64,000 bases of DNA from Candidatus Heimdallarchaeota archaeon. Lineage in GTDB: Archaea; Asgardarchaeota; Heimdallarchaeia; Hodarchaeales; Hodarchaeaceae. Where the stretch lies: the NCBI GenBank assembly GCA_011364965.1, contig RDOB01000002.1, positions 224,001-288,000 on the forward strand, given 5' to 3'. Both the position numbers and the translations under genes were made by a program. Under the pieces are notes generated by a model that was given only the letters and a program-made list of their open reading frames with translations, was not told the DNA's origin and did no database searches. Positions 1 to 9,640 of the stretch are shown here, one piece after another. How positions within the stretch are numbered: the stretch's first letter is position 1; the number at the start of each line of letters is the position of its first letter.

Positions 1-161
1 CGTGATAAGCTAGAATTGTTTGTTACAAATCCGAGTTTAAATCCAATGTTTTGCAACTCTTGAAGGGTTTTTTGAGCTCCGTAGATAACCTGTTTCCCTC
101 TCCACACTACACCATCGCAATCAAGTAATAAGAATCGCTTGTTCTCCAATTTTTTACTCAA
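1..161 (-). CDS. HAD-IIA (NagD-like) hydrolase/phosphatase, N-terminal part only (runs off the window)
   Basis: Not in the ORF track. Manual translation from TTG 161 gives MSKKLENKRFLLLDCDGVVWRGKQVIYGAQKTLQELQNIGFKLGFVTNNSSLS, containing HAD motif I (DxDGV) and the IIA 'FVTNNS' motif. Confidence 0.85.
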   Translation of the reverse strand, partial: MSKKLENKRFLLLDCDGVVWRGKQVIYGAQKTLQELQNIGFKLGFVTNNSSLS

Positions 162-280
162 TGTTCGTCGAATGGACAGATCATACTGAATTTCTATTCT
201 TTGTGGTTTATGGTTTCGTAAAGAATATCTTATCGATTTGATTTATCTTTGTATAAAAGAAATAAAATGGTTATCATAAG

Positions 281-1291
281 TCATCGTTCAATAATTTCGG
301 AATCTGAAGGTCCCGTTCCAATGTATGTAAACCTCATTCCGAGTTTAGATTCCTTTTCCTCAATCCATTGTTTAGCTTCATTACTAAGAGCTGAATAGTC
401 AGTAGTTCCTCTATCTTCAGGAAAAAGTATATCTAATTTTGTTAAAGCAATTTTAGTGGCATAATTCAACATAATACTTCTTTTTGCCAAATTATAATTA
501 AAGGGAGCTGCTCTTCGAAGCCTTCCTGTCACTGTACCATATTCCTCCCATCCTCTTCTCTGAGTTTCTGTCTCTGTTAACTCCCCTTCCATTTTATCCG
601 CTTTTGGAGAACCAACACGAGTAACATACGCTTTGAAGACAACAATGACATCAGAAACTGCTGTTGGTCCAATTCCAACATCAGAGCATATTGCAGCAGC
701 AGTAACATCTTTACTTGTTACATGGGGGTATGTACCATGCCATAAAGAAAGATGGGTTGCTTGAGTTCCTTCTAGGAGCACTTCTTTCCCTTTTTCAATA
801 TAATCGTTGATAATAAGTGGGACATCTATCAAATATTCGCTCAGTTCAGGAATATCTTTCGCTAAACGTAGGGATCTTCGTACACGATCTTCATTTGCTG
901 GCCCTGTGCCTGATCCTGATGTTCCAACAATCCCAGTAAGATGAACATCAGTTTTATCCTGATTGATATGTTTTTCAGTAATAATACCACATTTAGGATC
1001 GCAAAATAATTTTCCTTTTACTTTTGTAACACTTAATTCTTTCAAGAATATTTCGGGATTAACTAAGACTCCTGGTCCAATTAATAATTTCTCAACGTGT
1101 TTTCCTGCGAAACCACTGGGAACCATTCGTAATTGATATTTTGTGCCTCTAATAACTACTGTATGGCCTGCATTTGGGCCAACCCCGCCTCTAGCAACAA
1201 TAGAAATATTTTTAGAATTTACTATATGACTAACTATTTTTCCTTTTCCCTCATCTCCAAAAAACCCACCTACCACAACTGAAACAACCAT
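281..1291 (-). CDS. purA: Adenylosuccinate synthetase (short archaeal type)
   Basis: Motifs GDEGKGK, GPNAGHT, EGTQA and EYGTVTGRLRR; 336 aa as in archaeal PurA. Confidence 0.97.
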   Translation of the reverse strand: MVVSVVVGGFFGDEGKGKIVSHIVNSKNISIVARGGVGPNAGHTVVIRGTKYQLRMVPSGFAGKHVEKLLIGPGVLVNPEIFLKELSVTKVKGKLFCDPKCGIITEKHINQDKTDVHLTGIVGTSGSGTGPANEDRVRRSLRLAKDIPELSEYLIDVPLIINDYIEKGKEVLLEGTQATHLSLWHGTYPHVTSKDVTAAAICSDVGIGPTAVSDVIVVFKAYVTRVGSPKADKMEGELTETETQRRGWEEYGTVTGRLRRAAPFNYNLAKRSIMLNYATKIALTKLDILFPEDRGTTDYSALSNEAKQWIEEKESKLGMRFTYIGTGPSDSEIIER

Positions 1292-1441
1292 TTAATTCGC
1301 AACCTACTACAAATCGTGATTTCAAAGAATACTACATCTAAGATAACAATTTGAAATAAATTCTGAAATGAATTAAAGGTTATTTATCATCAAGTCTTCA
1401 ACATTGATTTTCATTATAGAATGGGAATTTTTCCGTCTAAA

Positions 1442-2854
1442 TCATTCAAATTGTTCAAAAAACACCTTAGATGTCAATTTCTTTCTTAAAATAGGATCTT
1501 TTTGAATGATTTTAGTATAAAACTCCTTAGCTCTCTCTGGTTGACTTAGAAGCAGCCAAGATCTTAAAACAAGTTCAAATTCTTCTATTAGTGATTTATC
1601 TTGCTCAATTAATGGAGTTAATAACGAAATAGTATTTTTATAATCTTGAAAATCGAAGGCAAGCTTAGCAGCTAGTTTTTTCGCGGGGATATGAGGTGGT
1701 TCAGAATTGGCAGCTTCATTCGCATAACTATAGGCCAATCGGAGGTTTTTGTCCGCTATAGCAAGAAGTGCTAGCTGTAATTTGCTTTCCTGAAAATTAG
1801 GATCAATTTCAAGACTTTTGTTAAAAATTTTCTTTGCTTCTTCAGCATTACCAGTTTTTAACAAGGTCATTCCCAAATAAAATAGAATTAAAGGATTCTC
1901 CCTCTCTAGATTAGTTGCATCTTCTAGGACTCGTCTTGCGCGATCTGGCCTGTCGATCTCTAGAAAAAGCTCTGTAAGTAAGAGTAAGATTTCTAATGTA
2001 GTTTTATCAAGTTTTTTTGCTTGGTACAGAGTATCAATTGCTTCTTTGGGTTTACCAAGTTTTTTTTGAACTCGTGCCATATTGACAAGAAGGCTCTGAG
2101 GTGGTTTATTCGGCCGAAACATTTCGAGAGATCTTTCATAAGCAGTGAGTGCTTCAGGATAATTGCCACCAGCATGATAAGCAACCCCGATACCATATTG
2201 AGCATGCTGAGAGTTAGGAAATTTCTTTAAAATCGCTTCATAAGTTGTTAAGGCGCTTGAATACTCCTTATTGTCCAAAAATTTTTGTCCCAATAATAAT
2301 CCTGGATCTGGTTTTTTTGCAGAATCAATCGATTCCATTAAAATCTTAATTAGCTTCTTCTCCTCATCCCTCTTACTATAAATTGATGCAATTTCAATTG
2401 GAATTTGGTGAGATTCGGGTAGCTTTTTATGCGCCACTTCTAAAATTTTTAGAGCTTTGTTCAAATCTCCTTGTTTTCGGTGAATTCTACTTAAAAGTAT
2501 CGGTAATTCTGGATCCGTCTTATCAAACTTCATGGCTTTTTCAAAACTTTGCTGGGCTTCCTTAAAAGAATCTAGTTGGCTTTCAATTAATCCTTTCTTC
2601 GTCCAAAGTTCTGCATTTTTTTTATCGATACTAGTTGCTCTTAAAAAAGCTTGTTGGGCTTCTTTTAATCTTCTGAGATTCGTCAAAGCTATACCATAAT
2701 TGGCCCAAACAATTGCATTTTGCTGAATTTCTTCATCCTCTAATGCAGCTTCAAATTTCCGTTGTGCTTTTGCCCATTTTTTTCTTCTCAAAGCAAAAAT
2801 CCCAGATCTGACGAGTTTAATTGGACTTTTGGCTTCTTTTGTTCGGGGAGTCAC
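1442..2854 (-). CDS. Tetratricopeptide repeat protein
   Basis: Many TPR units (e.g. NAIVWANYGIAL, AQYGIGVAY, ILFYLGMTL). Start more likely at GTG 2854 (GAGGA just upstream) than at TTG 3001 in the track. Confidence 0.88.
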   Translation of the reverse strand: MTPRTKEAKSPIKLVRSGIFALRRKKWAKAQRKFEAALEDEEIQQNAIVWANYGIALTNLRRLKEAQQAFLRATSIDKKNAELWTKKGLIESQLDSFKEAQQSFEKAMKFDKTDPELPILLSRIHRKQGDLNKALKILEVAHKKLPESHQIPIEIASIYSKRDEEKKLIKILMESIDSAKKPDPGLLLGQKFLDNKEYSSALTTYEAILKKFPNSQHAQYGIGVAYHAGGNYPEALTAYERSLEMFRPNKPPQSLLVNMARVQKKLGKPKEAIDTLYQAKKLDKTTLEILLLLTELFLEIDRPDRARRVLEDATNLERENPLILFYLGMTLLKTGNAEEAKKIFNKSLEIDPNFQESKLQLALLAIADKNLRLAYSYANEAANSEPPHIPAKKLAAKLAFDFQDYKNTISLLTPLIEQDKSLIEEFELVLRSWLLLSQPERAKEFYTKIIQKDPILRKKLTSKVFFEQFE

Positions 2855-3606
2855 ATTATTTCCTCTATGACTCAAATATTTTAGAGTATGAAAAATCCAT
2901 CGAAAAAAACGTTTATAGATATTTAGAGATGTAATTTGCACAATTGAGTTTCTATGGATATTTTTCTTCCAAATAAAGTGAATTTGGCATTTTAAACTCA
3001 AATCATCATTTAATTAGTTATTAAATACGAAATGAAGACGATGCACTACCAGCGTATCAGTGAGATATTTTAGGGGGATTAAATCTTTTTTTAGCTAGTA
3101 GCTGGTACTCAACTAGTTATTAAATTGGAGAATGTGAGAAAAAGGTGAAAGACTCTAAAAGCATTCAGTCGATTCCACGTTTAACTGAAAATATTTTAGA
3201 GAAAGGCGTTGAAATTGGGATTCAATCAGAAAAGCTTCATCCATTGGAACTCAAATATGGAAAAGAGCCAAAAATTGAACCTCAAGAAAGATGGAGCTGG
3301 CATTAACCCACTCCTCAAAATTTTTTTATATTTAAAGTCAATTCAGCTCTCTGTTATTTCTATTTGGAATTGTGAACTGGTGACATTAAATTTCATTGAT
3401 GATACCAGCTATTACCACAAATAAATTTAGAATCCTAAATTAATATTGCAAATCTAGGTTTAATCTTCATTGGGATAATTGGAGTTATTCTAATTGTATA
3501 TCGGGACAAGAAAGAACTGTTGGGCTGAATTTAATGGATTTTATTTAATACCATAGTTAAATATCATTAAAATTTATTTTATATTAATAAAGGAGAGTAC
3601 TGAATT

Positions 3607-4056
3607 TTGGAAATCACTTTTCGTTTAGCTACTGAATCAGATAAGGAAACTCTAATCGCGCAGTTTGATCATTATAATAATATAATATATCAAGAAAAGC
3701 GTGCAGAGTGTTATATCAATCATAATAGTACCTTATTTATGGTAATTGATGGAAAGATAGTAGGTCGTGTTCAATGGTATGTAAAGGAAGATCCAAGACT
3801 TGGTGTAGTCGAATTAGAAGAGGTTTTTATCGAAAAGAACTACCGGAATAAGGGATTTGGGTATAAAATTATTGAAAGAGCCATTTCTATAATTGAGAAT
3901 AATTTGGGACAATTAAATTCAATTTTTTTATTTATAGGGGAACAAGATTTTGCAATGCAGAAAATAATGGCAAATATGGGTTTCAAAAAAATAGCTGAGA
4001 TCGCAGATCTATTTAAAAAAGAGGAGATAGTTTTTTTTTATTTAAAATCTTTCTAA
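3607..4056 (+). CDS. GNAT family N-acetyltransferase
   Basis: Acetyl-CoA motif VFIEKNYRNKGFG and the 'MGF' C-terminal motif; GGAG upstream of the TTG start. Confidence 0.88.
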   Translation: MEITFRLATESDKETLIAQFDHYNNIIYQEKRAECYINHNSTLFMVIDGKIVGRVQWYVKEDPRLGVVELEEVFIEKNYRNKGFGYKIIERAISIIENNLGQLNSIFLFIGEQDFAMQKIMANMGFKKIAEIADLFKKEEIVFFYLKSF

Positions 4057-4100
4057 TGGTTAAGAAAACGAGTTTTTACGACTTAAGGTAGTGTACTCGA

Positions 4101-5795
4101 TTAGATTTGCTTTTTAGCATAATCACGTCGCAAAGGAGCGTACATTGGCACATAAAGGATTGGTACCCAACCTTTTGGTGAAGGACGCCACCGCCCAATA
4201 ACTGCTTTTACTTCCTGATCTACTATAAAATTATAAATCTTGGGATTATAATTGAATGCTCTAACCATTTTTTGTTCAAATATAACCCAATAGGGGTTTT
4301 CAGGATGACCAGTCTGCTTTTTTCCACCATATAAGGTTACATTGGTAATTTTTGCCCGTTTTGAAACCTTTATTTTTTGTAATTTTGCGCCACAGATTCT
4401 TTTTGCATCGCTTTTATCTTTTTGAATTCCTCGTAAGCATTTACCTCTTAATTCTAAGAATTTATCGGGAGGAGAAAAATCTGGAAAATTATCAGAGGCC
4501 CAGCTATCTCCGAAATACACTGCTCCACATTCAGGACATCCCTCAACCTGATAGTAATCCTCTGATAACGGCTCTACTTCCAAAAGGGCCATATGTCTTG
4601 CTACCTTTTCAGGATTATCACGGAAATTAATATAATCGTCAACTGAGATTTTTTGATTATAATCGATTTGCTCTTGGACTGTTGGCACTTCATTATCGGT
4701 AACAATCGACCCGTCAACATTCATTTTAATACTTATAACATCAGAACCTGCTCCTGATCCGTAAAGAACCGTCAATATCTCCTCACCCTTGATGCTATTT
4801 TCCATTGCTGCACATAATGCAGTTGGAACCGTTGCAGAATAACCATTGGCTATTTGAGGAGCTAGGTTCGAAATTTTCACTTTAGGTTCAATACCTAACA
4901 TATTTCCATCCTTGTCGAATTTTTTCTCTGCAAGCTCGATGCTAAAGTAATCGGAAACATCTAGTAGAGCTTCATTAGGAAAAGAGCCATTAGGACTATG
5001 TATAACCCAAGTTTTGTTAGGAAGACACTCTGGAGCAATTTTATAACGCGAAAGGTGTTTCTTAACTGCAGAAAGAATCATTCCACGAAAAGCCAAACTT
5101 GTTCCTTGACCTTCATGTTCAGGGAATGGTGCACCTTCTTTGCGAATAAAATCAGAAAAATCATAATTAATAGAAGTCCTACCTTGAAGTGTGGCTATAC
5201 TATTCCCACCATCTTCTCCAAGGATCATAGTAGTTGAATAAAATGAAGCAGAAAACTCAAGATCATCCCCAGGCGCTCCTTGAGAAGCATCAGTAGCCGT
5301 AATAGCTACATACCGACATCTATTAGAATCGATTAATGCAGCACCAATTTCTAGGAATTCTCCGAACGGTTTACAGGCAAATTCGCCCCGCACTCCGAAC
5401 TTAAGGTTTGTAACACCTGTTTTCCCAGCAATAGCAGTGCTTGATTTTACTGCATAGGGATATGACTCTGATACAACGAACAAAGCATCGATTTGGTGTG
5501 GTTCAATACCAGCTCGTTTAATGGCATAATTAAAAGATTGAATTCCAGCAGTTAATGCGTCCTCGTTGGGACCTGGAACAATTTTTTCATTTAACATTAA
5601 GCGCTGATTATAAATCCAACGAATAGAACTTAAAGCTTTGCCACGAAAACGATTCACGGTACGTTTCATCATACTTAATGCAATTTTATAGTTTAATTGC
5701 GACATTGCATGATAATGATCAACCAACTCTTCTATTACTAATCTATTCACTGGAATGAACGATGCGATTGATTTTATTTCAGCTAAAGTCATCAC
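4101..5795 (-). CDS. Archaeal-type hydroxymethylglutaryl-CoA synthase fused to a C-terminal DUF35 (Zn-ribbon/OB-fold) domain
   Basis: SESYPYAVK, EFACK (catalytic Cys), QGAPGDDLE, HSPNG and YGSGAGSD motifs. The C-terminal ~160 aa has CPECGAVYF...C...C and a DUF35-like end (EVKAVIGR...ILYVPMYAP). Confidence 0.85.
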   Translation of the reverse strand: MMTLAEIKSIASFIPVNRLVIEELVDHYHAMSQLNYKIALSMMKRTVNRFRGKALSSIRWIYNQRLMLNEKIVPGPNEDALTAGIQSFNYAIKRAGIEPHQIDALFVVSESYPYAVKSSTAIAGKTGVTNLKFGVRGEFACKPFGEFLEIGAALIDSNRCRYVAITATDASQGAPGDDLEFSASFYSTTMILGEDGGNSIATLQGRTSINYDFSDFIRKEGAPFPEHEGQGTSLAFRGMILSAVKKHLSRYKIAPECLPNKTWVIHSPNGSFPNEALLDVSDYFSIELAEKKFDKDGNMLGIEPKVKISNLAPQIANGYSATVPTALCAAMENSIKGEEILTVLYGSGAGSDVISIKMNVDGSIVTDNEVPTVQEQIDYNQKISVDDYINFRDNPEKVARHMALLEVEPLSEDYYQVEGCPECGAVYFGDSWASDNFPDFSPPDKFLELRGKCLRGIQKDKSDAKRICGAKLQKIKVSKRAKITNVTLYGGKKQTGHPENPYWVIFEQKMVRAFNYNPKIYNFIVDQEVKAVIGRWRPSPKGWVPILYVPMYAPLRRDYAKKQI

Positions 5796-6073
5796 ACACC
5801 AAGGAAATTATGCATTCCTAAGAATTCTTTTATAAGAGGGAATATTGCAGTGATTATCTCCAATACTTGTAAATGATAAGAAAAGAGTTAGAGTATAAAA
5901 GACTACTAGAGTATATTCTTTATATAAAATTAATAGGAAGACTTCAATGTTAGATTTTATATCCTGATTTTGAGCGTTTGCTGATTAGTTCTCGAGTAAC
6001 TCTTTTATTAAGTGGGAATAAAAATAACTAGAAGAATTTTATAATGAATTAAAGAGTTGACGATGACTGACCT

Positions 6074-8635
6074 ATGTCATCACGAATTCCCCTGCAAAGC
6101 AGTAGATATTATTTGGAAGCCCTCAAACAACATCGTCGAACTGTTGCACTCATCATTGCATTTACAATTACCGCTCCGTTGTTTGCATTCACCTCTCTTC
6201 CCCCAATAGAAGTAATCGAGGAAATTCCTCAGGAAGTGGAAGAAGAAATTGAAATTCCTATTGAAACCAATCAAACTATTGAAGTTGAGGTCAATAAAAC
6301 CATAGAAGTAGAAATTAATATCACGGAAGAGGTGATTCGCAATCGAACCATTGGTGTTAACATCACGGAAGGTGGAAGCATATTCCTAGAACCTCAACCC
6401 GCTCCTCCTCTAATTGACTCCGATATTGTTCTTTGCATTGATGTATCAGGAAGTATGGACGCAAATCGAATGCCTATTGCTCAAACAGCAATAAAAACAT
6501 TTCTTAACCTTCTAAATGATAGCTGCAGTCGCGGAATATCTAATGATAGGGTCGCTTTGGTTACTTTTTCAGGAACAGATCCTTGGGATGGAAATTGGGC
6601 CAATGATGCTGCAATTCGTGCAGGTTTGGATTTTATATCAAACCAGTCACATTTATCGAATATTATTAGTGAAACGGAGAGTTTGGTTGGCTATGGTTGG
6701 ACAGATGCTTGGGCAGGATTGAATTTCTCTTTAGATCTTCTGCTAAACAATCAACGAGAAACTCCAACACTTAAATCTATCTTATTTTTGACAGATGGGA
6801 AGCATAATACTGGTCCGTGGGGTATTGATGTTTCAAATGGAAACTATACAGGTTTCTTAAGTGAACCCGCAGACTTTATAAGCCAACAAGAAGGAGGGCC
6901 GTATTCTCAGAGTCCAGTAAAAATCGCGAGGGAAAACAATGTAAAAATCCATTCTATTGGGTTGTTTGAGGGTACTAGTTATGAATTTGACGAAAATTTC
7001 CTAAGAAATATTTCACTGAATGAAACATTTGGAGCTAATGGGGACTTTTATACAGGAAATAATACGCTTGACTTATCAGAAGGCTTCTTAAAATCAAGGG
7101 ATAGCGCATCAGGTTGGGCTTTAGTTGATTCGTGTGAGCTATTAATTATAGATAATCAATCTGTTCCCTTATTTGTTTTTAATGTAACTAAAGATATCCG
7201 TAGGATCAAATGGGATTTAAATTGGAATGACTCCGATATTAACTTTAATTTAACCATAATAGATCCGAATGGTACTATCAGGTTGATTACAAATTCAAGT
7301 CAAATTATGCCAGACATAATCACAGTTACTTTAGACATTCCCAAATCGATTATTTTGGATTTTCCCATGTTAGGTGAATGGCAATTCAACCTTACATGTA
7401 CCAATTCATCTGTTTCTGAACGAATTCTGAGCAGACTATCCTCTTTTCAACCTCCAATCTTTATTGAATCAATCACACAGTACAATTCCACTGAATTAGG
7501 TATAAGTATTTATTCTCAGGAGAAAGAGAACATTCTAGGTAATTCGGATGGTATAACATATAAGATCGTAAGTCTTACAGAGAATGAAACCGTTAGTAAT
7601 CAATCAGTTATCTTTTTAGTAAATGTATCTAATAGAAACCCTCTTTTCACATATCATAATATTACACCTTATGTTTTGGCAAATTTTACTTCGTATAATA
7701 TTACAAGTTCATGGAATCCTACAAATATTTCAGCATTAACAACTGGAAACTTTACAATTTTTCAATTTAATATCACATTTAATGAACCTGCCTTTTTACA
7801 AGGCACTATCTTCTTCAAAGTCAATTGTTCAGAAGGTTATTATGATGCTGTCGCTCAAGGTGTATCTCTTGACTATCGAATCACTACTGAAAATGTCACA
7901 ATAGAAACTTACACGGAAAACCAAACTATTACTGTTTTAGAAAATCAAACCACAATTGTCCTTGAAAATATGACCATTACGACGATTATCATTTCTCAAG
8001 GTACGACTAATGTACTCAAGTATACTTATAATCGTCAGGTATTTGATACACTGAAATGGGCTGGATTTTTCACCACATTAGGACTTTTAATGTCATTTTT
8101 GGCTGTGTACGTTGCAGCACAGGCGTACCATCTGAGATCTCTTGCGAAAAGTTTTCGTTCCCGTCTTTTCCCCGACCGATCTGCAATAGAACTAGCACTT
8201 CAAGAAAAAGGTATTTCTATGTCCTCGGAAGATTTGAACGCGGTTATAGATTCAACTAGTGACTTAGATCAATTTGCTATAAATATCCAAAATCTAACGG
8301 GCCAAAAACTCAGTCCAGAGGACTTAATTCGCATGACATCTGGGGCCACTCTTGAACAGATCATTCATAGACTTAGCTATGCAACAGATCTAACTCCAGA
8401 AGCAATAGCATCTCAATTAAAAGATGCTTCAACTATTGGAGAGTTGATAGAAGAATTAAAGCTTGATAAAGAGGCATTTTTAGATATTATAACCCAAGAT
8501 GAGCAGGTTAAAAATTTTCAGGCTAAAATTGCCATGTACATTCAACCAATGAAGAAAGAATTCTCTAATATTTCCTTGAATGATAACATCGATGTCAAAA
8601 GCTTTAGAGAGCGAATTAAAAGGGAAATGAATTAA
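6074..8635 (+). CDS. Membrane-anchored vWA-domain surface protein
   Basis: N-terminal hydrophobic segment, MIDAS motif DVSGS plus LTDG, beta-rich region, many NxS/T sequons, second TM (WAGFFTTLGLLMSFLAVYVAA) and a helical C-terminal tail. Confidence 0.85.
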   Translation: MSSRIPLQSSRYYLEALKQHRRTVALIIAFTITAPLFAFTSLPPIEVIEEIPQEVEEEIEIPIETNQTIEVEVNKTIEVEINITEEVIRNRTIGVNITEGGSIFLEPQPAPPLIDSDIVLCIDVSGSMDANRMPIAQTAIKTFLNLLNDSCSRGISNDRVALVTFSGTDPWDGNWANDAAIRAGLDFISNQSHLSNIISETESLVGYGWTDAWAGLNFSLDLLLNNQRETPTLKSILFLTDGKHNTGPWGIDVSNGNYTGFLSEPADFISQQEGGPYSQSPVKIARENNVKIHSIGLFEGTSYEFDENFLRNISLNETFGANGDFYTGNNTLDLSEGFLKSRDSASGWALVDSCELLIIDNQSVPLFVFNVTKDIRRIKWDLNWNDSDINFNLTIIDPNGTIRLITNSSQIMPDIITVTLDIPKSIILDFPMLGEWQFNLTCTNSSVSERILSRLSSFQPPIFIESITQYNSTELGISIYSQEKENILGNSDGITYKIVSLTENETVSNQSVIFLVNVSNRNPLFTYHNITPYVLANFTSYNITSSWNPTNISALTTGNFTIFQFNITFNEPAFLQGTIFFKVNCSEGYYDAVAQGVSLDYRITTENVTIETYTENQTITVLENQTTIVLENMTITTIIISQGTTNVLKYTYNRQVFDTLKWAGFFTTLGLLMSFLAVYVAAQAYHLRSLAKSFRSRLFPDRSAIELALQEKGISMSSEDLNAVIDSTSDLDQFAINIQNLTGQKLSPEDLIRMTSGATLEQIIHRLSYATDLTPEAIASQLKDASTIGELIEELKLDKEAFLDIITQDEQVKNFQAKIAMYIQPMKKEFSNISLNDNIDVKSFRERIKREMN

Positions 8636-9567
8636 ATATTATACATTTTCTCTTCAAAAAATTTATATTGAGCTTCATTCACAGGTCGTAAGGCGCTAGC
8701 ATCGGTAGAGATCTGAATAAGCATCTCTGCGGATGCTTGGAAGGATTTCGCTGATTTCATTTTATGGAATAATGAATCAATAGTGGGAATTTCATATTGT
8801 CTGAAAACTTTAGAAAGCTCTGGATCGTCTTTAATCATTCCAATTATAGGATATGCAAAATTTTCCATAGTTTTCTCAATCCATTTTTGAGACAGGCACT
8901 TTTCTGTGATATTATTAAATATAAGTCCATTTAACGAAAAACCAGGTTGTGCAAGCAAGTCATATTGAGCTAACGATGCTTCAATAGTCTTAATCTCTTT
9001 AATTACTTCATCTACATTATTTTTATTCATATCAATAATCGCAATTATCAAATTTGAGTTCATCAATCCTGCTAGTTCAATGAAATTATGTCGATGATGT
9101 TCTATGGGAGCTAAATCAAAGAAAATATATTGAGAACCTGCTTTTTCTAGTATTAGAGTGATTTGCCAAATATGCTTTGCCAGTTCGAGAGCTTCTGATC
9201 TAGTTAAAGTGTCACTCACACCTCGTGAAAGAATAGGGATTGTAAAAAAAAGCGGTTCATTTGACTCTTTATGAACAAATTTTGATGGAAAACTGCACTT
9301 TGACCAATCTAAGACTTGAGAAGACTTCATCTGCTCTACCAAAGAAGTTAATTCCCCCATACGCATGAGGATTTTATCGGTTGCAAAAAATTGAATTGTA
9401 GAGTACATTGAGGAGAAATCAAATATGCAGGCAAGAGGAAAGTCTGGACTTACTTCTTTATCCTTTAGATATTTTTTTATAATCTCATACATGACTGTTG
9501 CCATGACAGGGGTTTGAGAAGTTGTAGACCCAGTAGATAGGCATGAAATTTTCAACATTTCAATCAC
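8632..9567 (-). CDS. MinD/ParA-like protein with degenerate P-loop
   Basis: KISCLSTGSTTSQT at the Walker A position, YIFFDLAP (Walker B-like), GLIFNN, IIGMIKDDP and the final SFQASA helix match MinD/ParA topology. Confidence 0.6.
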   Translation of the reverse strand: MIEMLKISCLSTGSTTSQTPVMATVMYEIIKKYLKDKEVSPDFPLACIFDFSSMYSTIQFFATDKILMRMGELTSLVEQMKSSQVLDWSKCSFPSKFVHKESNEPLFFTIPILSRGVSDTLTRSEALELAKHIWQITLILEKAGSQYIFFDLAPIEHHRHNFIELAGLMNSNLIIAIIDMNKNNVDEVIKEIKTIEASLAQYDLLAQPGFSLNGLIFNNITEKCLSQKWIEKTMENFAYPIIGMIKDDPELSKVFRQYEIPTIDSLFHKMKSAKSFQASAEMLIQISTDASALRPVNEAQYKFFEEKMYNI

Positions 9568-9640
9568 TTTTATAGATGAATTGAAGTTTATTTAAATCCA
9601 ATCAAATTCTTGATTAAGTTTTATATCAGAATTTTTCCCT

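Noticed and set aside
3145-3527. Short plus-strand fragments (53-aa GTG ORF 3145-3306, track ORF 3209-3424, a TM-like tail ending near 3527) as a possible pseudogene
   Set aside because: No recognisable family or consistent frame; cannot be distinguished from AT-rich intergenic sequence.
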